DNA of 32,000 bases from the NCBI GenBank assembly GCA_000091165.1, contig FP565575.1, positions 1,650,001 to 1,682,000 of the forward strand, given 5' to 3'. Within the stretch, counting starts at the first letter, position 1, and each line of letters opens with the position of its first letter. Made by a program: the position numbers and the translations under genes. Under the pieces are notes generated by a model. That model saw only the letters and a list, made by a program, of their open reading frames with translations, was not told the DNA's origin and searched no databases. The stretch comes from Candidatus Methylomirabilis oxygeniifera. GTDB lineage: Bacteria; Methylomirabilota; Methylomirabilia; Methylomirabilales; Methylomirabilaceae. Below, piece after piece: positions 28,215 to 32,000 of this stretch.

Positions 28215-28242
28215 GACAAACACACCACCCCGAGGAGAGCCG

Positions 28243-28335
28243 GTGACGAAATGTGTGTTCGGTCCGGTCCCCTCGAGATGCCTTGGGCAGTCTCTCTGCA
28301 TCGACTCGATTCCGTTCACAACCTGTAAACTGTAG
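28243..28335 (+). pseudogene. Fossil of the 5' end of the radical SAM gene; now a 30-codon ORF ([30 protein letters not shown])
   Basis: By eye, 24 of 29 aligned residues are identical to the N-terminus of the intact enzyme ([29 protein letters not shown]). The ATG has become ACG, with a GTG one codon upstream. SD gaggag is retained. It stops 22 nt before the LTXXQ start. Confidence 0.75.
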
Positions 28336-28357
28336 TCCAGAAAATGAGGACACAACG

Positions 28358-29086
28358 ATGAAACTATGGACGGGAGTACTGGCGGCAGCGTTGTTGATCG
28401 TGGCTTCTGAGGCGCGGTTAGTCATGGCCCAAGAGAGGGGACGGCATATGGGCGAGATGAAGGAGTCGTGCGAAAGCCGCGACGCAGACAGCCCTCGATA
28501 TGGCCATTACCCTCACCATCTGCTCAGGCATGCGAAAGAGATCGGCCTGGCAAAAGATCAGATCACACGACTCAAGACAATCAGACTCGATTTTGAGCGT
28601 GCCTGTCTTCGGGCCGGGGCCGAGATTCACGTGAGCGACCTGGAGATCGAAACGCTGATGGACGATGAGAAGGCCACCCTCGCAACGATCGAGGCAAAGG
28701 TCAAGCAACGCGCGACCGCGGCGACCGCACTCAGGATCGCAGCGATCAAGGCCAAACGGGACGCCATGGCGCTCCTCACTGCCGAACAGCGAGAGAAGGA
28801 TCAAGCGATACACGAGAAAATGATGCAGCAGATGGGTGGGATGGGTGGTGGAATGATGCAGGGCGGTGGGATGGGCGGTGGGCAGATGGGTGGTGGGATG
28901 AGGGGCGGCCGGAGAGGTGGCGGTGGGATGAGGCACGGCGGCGGGATGGGTGGTGGGCAGATGGGTGGTGGCATGGGTGGCGAGATGATGCAAGGTGGCG
29001 GGATGATAGATGATGGCATGATGGAGGGCGAGCAGGACGGCTCTTCGCAGCCGGAGACAACAGAGGGAGAGCATCAGGGCCATTGA
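28358..29086 (+). CDS. Periplasmic LTXXQ-motif protein with (MGGG)n tail, copy 2
   Basis: The ATG at 28358 aligns with the start of copy 1. Signal peptide MKLWTGVLAAALLIVASEA. The LLTAEQREKDQAIHEKMM core is close to copy 1. The tail is MGGMGGGMMQGGGMGGGQMGGGM.... Confidence 0.8.
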   Translation: MKLWTGVLAAALLIVASEARLVMAQERGRHMGEMKESCESRDADSPRYGHYPHHLLRHAKEIGLAKDQITRLKTIRLDFERACLRAGAEIHVSDLEIETLMDDEKATLATIEAKVKQRATAATALRIAAIKAKRDAMALLTAEQREKDQAIHEKMMQQMGGMGGGMMQGGGMGGGQMGGGMRGGRRGGGGMRHGGGMGGGQMGGGMGGEMMQGGGMIDDGMMEGEQDGSSQPETTEGEHQGH

Positions 29087-29131
29087 GTTCACGACAAACC
29101 GCCCGCCTCATGAAGCAATAAAGATGTTAGG

Positions 29132-29305
29132 AGTGTCCTGAGTCAGAAGTTCGATAAAGACGTTGACGCCCCATATGTCGTCATTCCTGCAAAAGCAGGA
29201 ATCCAGAACTCTTATTATTTCCTGGATTCCGGCTCGCGCCCGCTCTCCGGGCCTGGTCGGAATGACGTCGGGAAAATATGCAACGAATTTCAAAAACAGG
29301 ACAGT
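29132..29305. mobile_element. MITE-like 174-bp insertion with imperfect terminal inverted repeats
   Basis: It is present here but absent from the paralogous segment (around 4060-4075). The 22-nt ends match in inverted orientation at 16 of 22 positions (agtgtcctgagtcagaagttcg versus the reverse complement of cgaatttcaaaaacaggacagt). It is more AT-rich than its flanks and has internal overlapping hairpins. No second copy was seen in the window. Confidence 0.4.
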
Positions 29306-29340
29306 AGCCGATCGGGGCAATAGACATAAACAGGCGTAGC

Positions 29341-29649
29341 GTGAGAAAGTCCACACTCTTTTTATTTGCCGTATCGACGGAAGTGGTCGTGCTGGGCCTG
29401 CTCCTGGTCCATGCGTCACTGAGCGAGCAGGCCCGGCACGCCAGCCTCCGACAGAATGCCGAAATGGTGAGACGCCTCGGCCTGACCGATCTCGCCCTTT
29501 TTCCGGAGGCCCGATACACGAGACATCTGTCCCAGGCGGACTGGCATTCCGCGTTCCAGGACCATCCGCTCTCCCTCGAACACTTTCCTTCCGGTTCGTT
29601 GACGCTGCCGCCGAAAGACGTATGGTCAAACAATGCGCGCCTGGATTGA
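29341..29649 (+). CDS. Small N-terminally anchored membrane protein (102 aa), function unknown
   Basis: GTG start and TM (LFLFAVSTEVVVLGLLLV). It overlaps the FtsX permease start by 17 nt, consistent with translational coupling. A decayed paralog lies at 4105-4320. Confidence 0.6.
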   Translation: MRKSTLFLFAVSTEVVVLGLLLVHASLSEQARHASLRQNAEMVRRLGLTDLALFPEARYTRHLSQADWHSAFQDHPLSLEHFPSGSLTLPPKDVWSNNARLD

Positions 29650-30877
29650 GAAACAACGATATCTGATCGACTTTACCCTCTCCTCGTTTCTGAGGCGAAA
29701 GGTCAAGAACGTCGGCCTGTTGATCCTGTACACGCTGATCGTCTTCATCCTCGCCTCGGTCATGTTCTTCACCTACACGATCAAAAAAGAAGCGTCGGTC
29801 ATCCTTCGCGCATCCCCGGAAATCGTTGTTCAGAAGATGCTAGCGGGAAGACATGATGTATTCCCCGTCGGTTACATCGACCGCCTGAAAACCATTCGCG
29901 GGGTCGCCTCGGCGGAGGGCCGCCTCTGGGGCTATTACTTCGACCGGCATGTCGCAGCCAACTATACCTTCCTTGTCCCTTCAATGTCGGCCCTGGACGA
30001 CACTGACGACACTATTGATGCCGAAGACCAGGAGTCTCTCGAATTTGACGCCTCATCCGTCGAGCCGCTCTATCAACTCGATCTGACGGCGTTGATACCG
30101 GGCACCATCATCATCGGACAAGGAATTGCACGCATTCGACATGCAAGCGTCGGCGATTCCCTCTTCTTTCTCGCGTTCGACGGCACCGTGTTGGATTTAC
30201 GGATCGGCGGTTTTTTGTCCTCCAGATCGGAACTGGTGTCGTCCGATCTCATCTTGACGACCGAGGCGGACTTTCGACGGCTGTTTGGAATCCCTCACGA
30301 CGCCGTAACGGACGTTACCGTATCGGTTCGAAACCCGAGAGAGATTCCAACTATTGCCGGGAAGATCGCGCGACTTCTGCCCGATGCCCGGCCCATTACT
30401 CGGGACGAAATCCTGAGAACCTACGATTCAATCTTTAATTGGCGCGGGGGAATGATGCTCGTCATCCTGGCCTCCGCCGTACTCGCGTTTGTCATCTTTG
30501 CATGGGACAAGGCCTCCGGCTTGAGCGCCGGGGAGAAACAGGAAATCGGCATTCTCAAGGCCATCGGCTGGGAAACCTCGGACATTATCGAGATGAAGTT
30601 CTGGGAAGGAGCGGTGGTGTCGCTGACCGCCTTCTTCACCGGGGTCATCCTGGCCTATCTCCACGTCTTCTTTTTCTCGTCGGTGGTGTTTGAGCCGGCC
30701 CTCAAAGGATGGTCGACCCTCTACCCGCAATTTCATCTGACTCCATTTATCGACGTCGGACAACTGACCACGCTCTTCTTCCTGACGGTAGTCCCCTATA
30801 CCGCCGCCACCATCGTGCCGGTCTGGCGCGCCGCAACAATCGATCCCGATACGGCGATGCGCCGCACAGGGGAGTAA
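29633..30877 (+). CDS. FtsX/MacB-family ABC transporter permease
   Basis: N-terminal TM, an extracytoplasmic domain of about 220 aa and three C-terminal TMs containing ILKAIGW. No adjacent MFP or OMF gene. Confidence 0.85.
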   Translation: MRAWIEKQRYLIDFTLSSFLRRKVKNVGLLILYTLIVFILASVMFFTYTIKKEASVILRASPEIVVQKMLAGRHDVFPVGYIDRLKTIRGVASAEGRLWGYYFDRHVAANYTFLVPSMSALDDTDDTIDAEDQESLEFDASSVEPLYQLDLTALIPGTIIIGQGIARIRHASVGDSLFFLAFDGTVLDLRIGGFLSSRSELVSSDLILTTEADFRRLFGIPHDAVTDVTVSVRNPREIPTIAGKIARLLPDARPITRDEILRTYDSIFNWRGGMMLVILASAVLAFVIFAWDKASGLSAGEKQEIGILKAIGWETSDIIEMKFWEGAVVSLTAFFTGVILAYLHVFFFSSVVFEPALKGWSTLYPQFHLTPFIDVGQLTTLFFLTVVPYTAATIVPVWRAATIDPDTAMRRTGE

Positions 30878-30880
30878 CCG

Positions 30881-31561
30881 GTGATCGAACTGATCAACGT
30901 CACAAAAACCTTTAATGCCGGAACGCCGAGCGAATGTTCCGCTTTGAACGGGATTACCTTGACGATCAGCGACAAGATGGCGACGGTACTGGTCGGTCCA
31001 AGCGGGTCCGGCAAAACGACGCTGCTCACCATCATCGGCTGTATGGCAAGACCATCGGCCGGCCGCGTCACGCTCAACGGACGGGAAATTACCTCGCTCC
31101 CGGAACGGTTTCTGACCGAGATTCGACGCAAGACCTTCGGGTTCATTTTTCAGCAGCCGAACCTGATCAAAGGCATCACCGCGCTGGAGAATGTCATGTT
31201 GCCGGCGTACCCGGCCGGAACGGAACACGCGGCGCTCCGGGAACAGGCAATACGACTGCTCCAAGGGCTTCAGCTTTCCGAGAAGGCGGCATCGAAGGTC
31301 GAGTGGCTCTCCGGTGGGGAGGCGCAACGGGTCTCCATCGCCAGGGCGTTGATCAACAATCCGTCCGCCATTATTGCCGACGAGCCGACCGCGCACCTTG
31401 ACACAAGCTTGTCCCGCCGGTTTTTAGAGATTGTGGAGCGGTTCAAGGCGGAGGGGAAAACGATCTTGATGACCAGCCATGATCCGCTGATCTATCAGTC
31501 TCGCGTCGTCGATCGCGTGGTGCGGCTTCGAGATGGAAAGGTCGAAGAGGCAGGAGGATGA
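30881..31561 (+). CDS. ABC transporter ATP-binding protein
   Basis: Walker A GPSGSGKTT, signature LSGGEAQRVSIARA, Walker B IIADEPTAHLD, H-loop TSHD. The GTG start lies 3 nt after the permease stop. Confidence 0.9.
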   Translation: MIELINVTKTFNAGTPSECSALNGITLTISDKMATVLVGPSGSGKTTLLTIIGCMARPSAGRVTLNGREITSLPERFLTEIRRKTFGFIFQQPNLIKGITALENVMLPAYPAGTEHAALREQAIRLLQGLQLSEKAASKVEWLSGGEAQRVSIARALINNPSAIIADEPTAHLDTSLSRRFLEIVERFKAEGKTILMTSHDPLIYQSRVVDRVVRLRDGKVEEAGG

Positions 31562-32000
31562 TTCTCCACCCGGCAGTCATCGCCAATGTCGTGTCCTCTT
31601 TGATTATCAGCGTCACGATCGTGTATGCGGCGGTGTACGGCGTACAGATTCTGTTGAAGTGGGATCTTCAAAGCGGCGATGAACTTCAGTTGCGTCTCGA
31701 ACGACGGACGTATCTGATTTCAACCCTGCTGAGCTTTATTTTAGTCCTGGAGCTGACGTCGCTGTTTCTCTTCGTCTTTACCGCGGATACCCTCTGCCCG
31801 CTCTTCGTCGGCGCCATGTGCGCGGCTGGAACGCTGAACGTGAATGCGTTCGGCTACCCCACCCTGTTGATGAAAATGGTCAATTTTCTTCTCGCCGGGC
31901 TCTGGCTTGTCCTCAATTATGCCGACAACCAGGCGTACGATTATCCGCTGATCAAAAAAAAATATCTGCTGCTGGCCGTCATCGCGCCGCTGAGCGTCCT
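31558..32000 (+). CDS. Polytopic membrane protein, function unknown (3' end outside the window)
   Basis: The ATG overlaps the ATPase stop (ATGA), and frame 1 stays open to the window end. My translation is MILHPAVIANVVSSLIISVTIVYAAVYGV...LLSFILVLELTSLFLFVFTADTLCPLFVGAMCAAGT...MVNFLLAGLWLVL. It has at least 3 hydrophobic helices, with a Cys pair (C-x8-C) inside one of them. Confidence 0.6.
   Translation, partial: MILHPAVIANVVSSLIISVTIVYAAVYGVQILLKWDLQSGDELQLRLERRTYLISTLLSFILVLELTSLFLFVFTADTLCPLFVGAMCAAGTLNVNAFGYPTLLMKMVNFLLAGLWLVLNYADNQAYDYPLIKKKYLLLAVIAPLSV

Overview
GC-rich (about 60% by eye) bacterial chromosomal window. It is densely coding and almost entirely on the + strand; the only convincing minus-strand gene is an SBBP beta-propeller protein. 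I support 29 intact-looking CDS and 7 gene remnants. I found no rRNA, tRNA, CRISPR array, transposase or integrase.

The theme is envelope and metal homeostasis. In order:
- TonB-dependent receptor tail plus a PepSY-TM protein.
- A DevBCA/MacAB-type ABC exporter.
- An ECF sigma/anti-sigma pair.
- A tandem YHS/TRASH periplasmic protein.
- A TolC-MFP-RND operon.
- A radical SAM gene.
- A tightly coupled ZIP / SAM-methyltransferase / DUF77 / ZIP / CDF::MBL chain.
- A right-hand locus on one strand, which is the best candidate for an undescribed system. It encodes an exported His/Cys/Met-rich protein, two LTXXQ (Spy/CpxP/ZraP-like) proteins with (M-G-G-G)n tails, a class II (c-prime-like) cytochrome c, a small membrane-anchored protein, an FtsX-type permease, an ABC ATPase and a polytopic Cys-pair membrane protein.

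The clearest structure visible directly in the sequence is a segmental duplication. 27564-29798 (intact) is collinear with 3001-4452, which has decayed:
- the cytochrome is deleted;
- the small membrane gene carries a deletion and a frameshift;
- the FtsX gene is truncated.
Both copies carry a fossil of the radical SAM gene's 5' end just upstream of the LTXXQ gene.

Other directly visible oddities:
- a 174-bp MITE-like insertion present in only one duplicate;
- a perfect 123-bp repeat inside the YHS gene;
- two paralogous small membrane-protein genes that share a conserved 5' leader;
- a truncated CDF fused in frame to an MBL-fold enzyme;
- a nucleotidyltransferase pseudogene;
- a ZIP gene fragment;
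- nested REP-like palindromes.

All family assignments come from motif recognition by eye. No database search was run.
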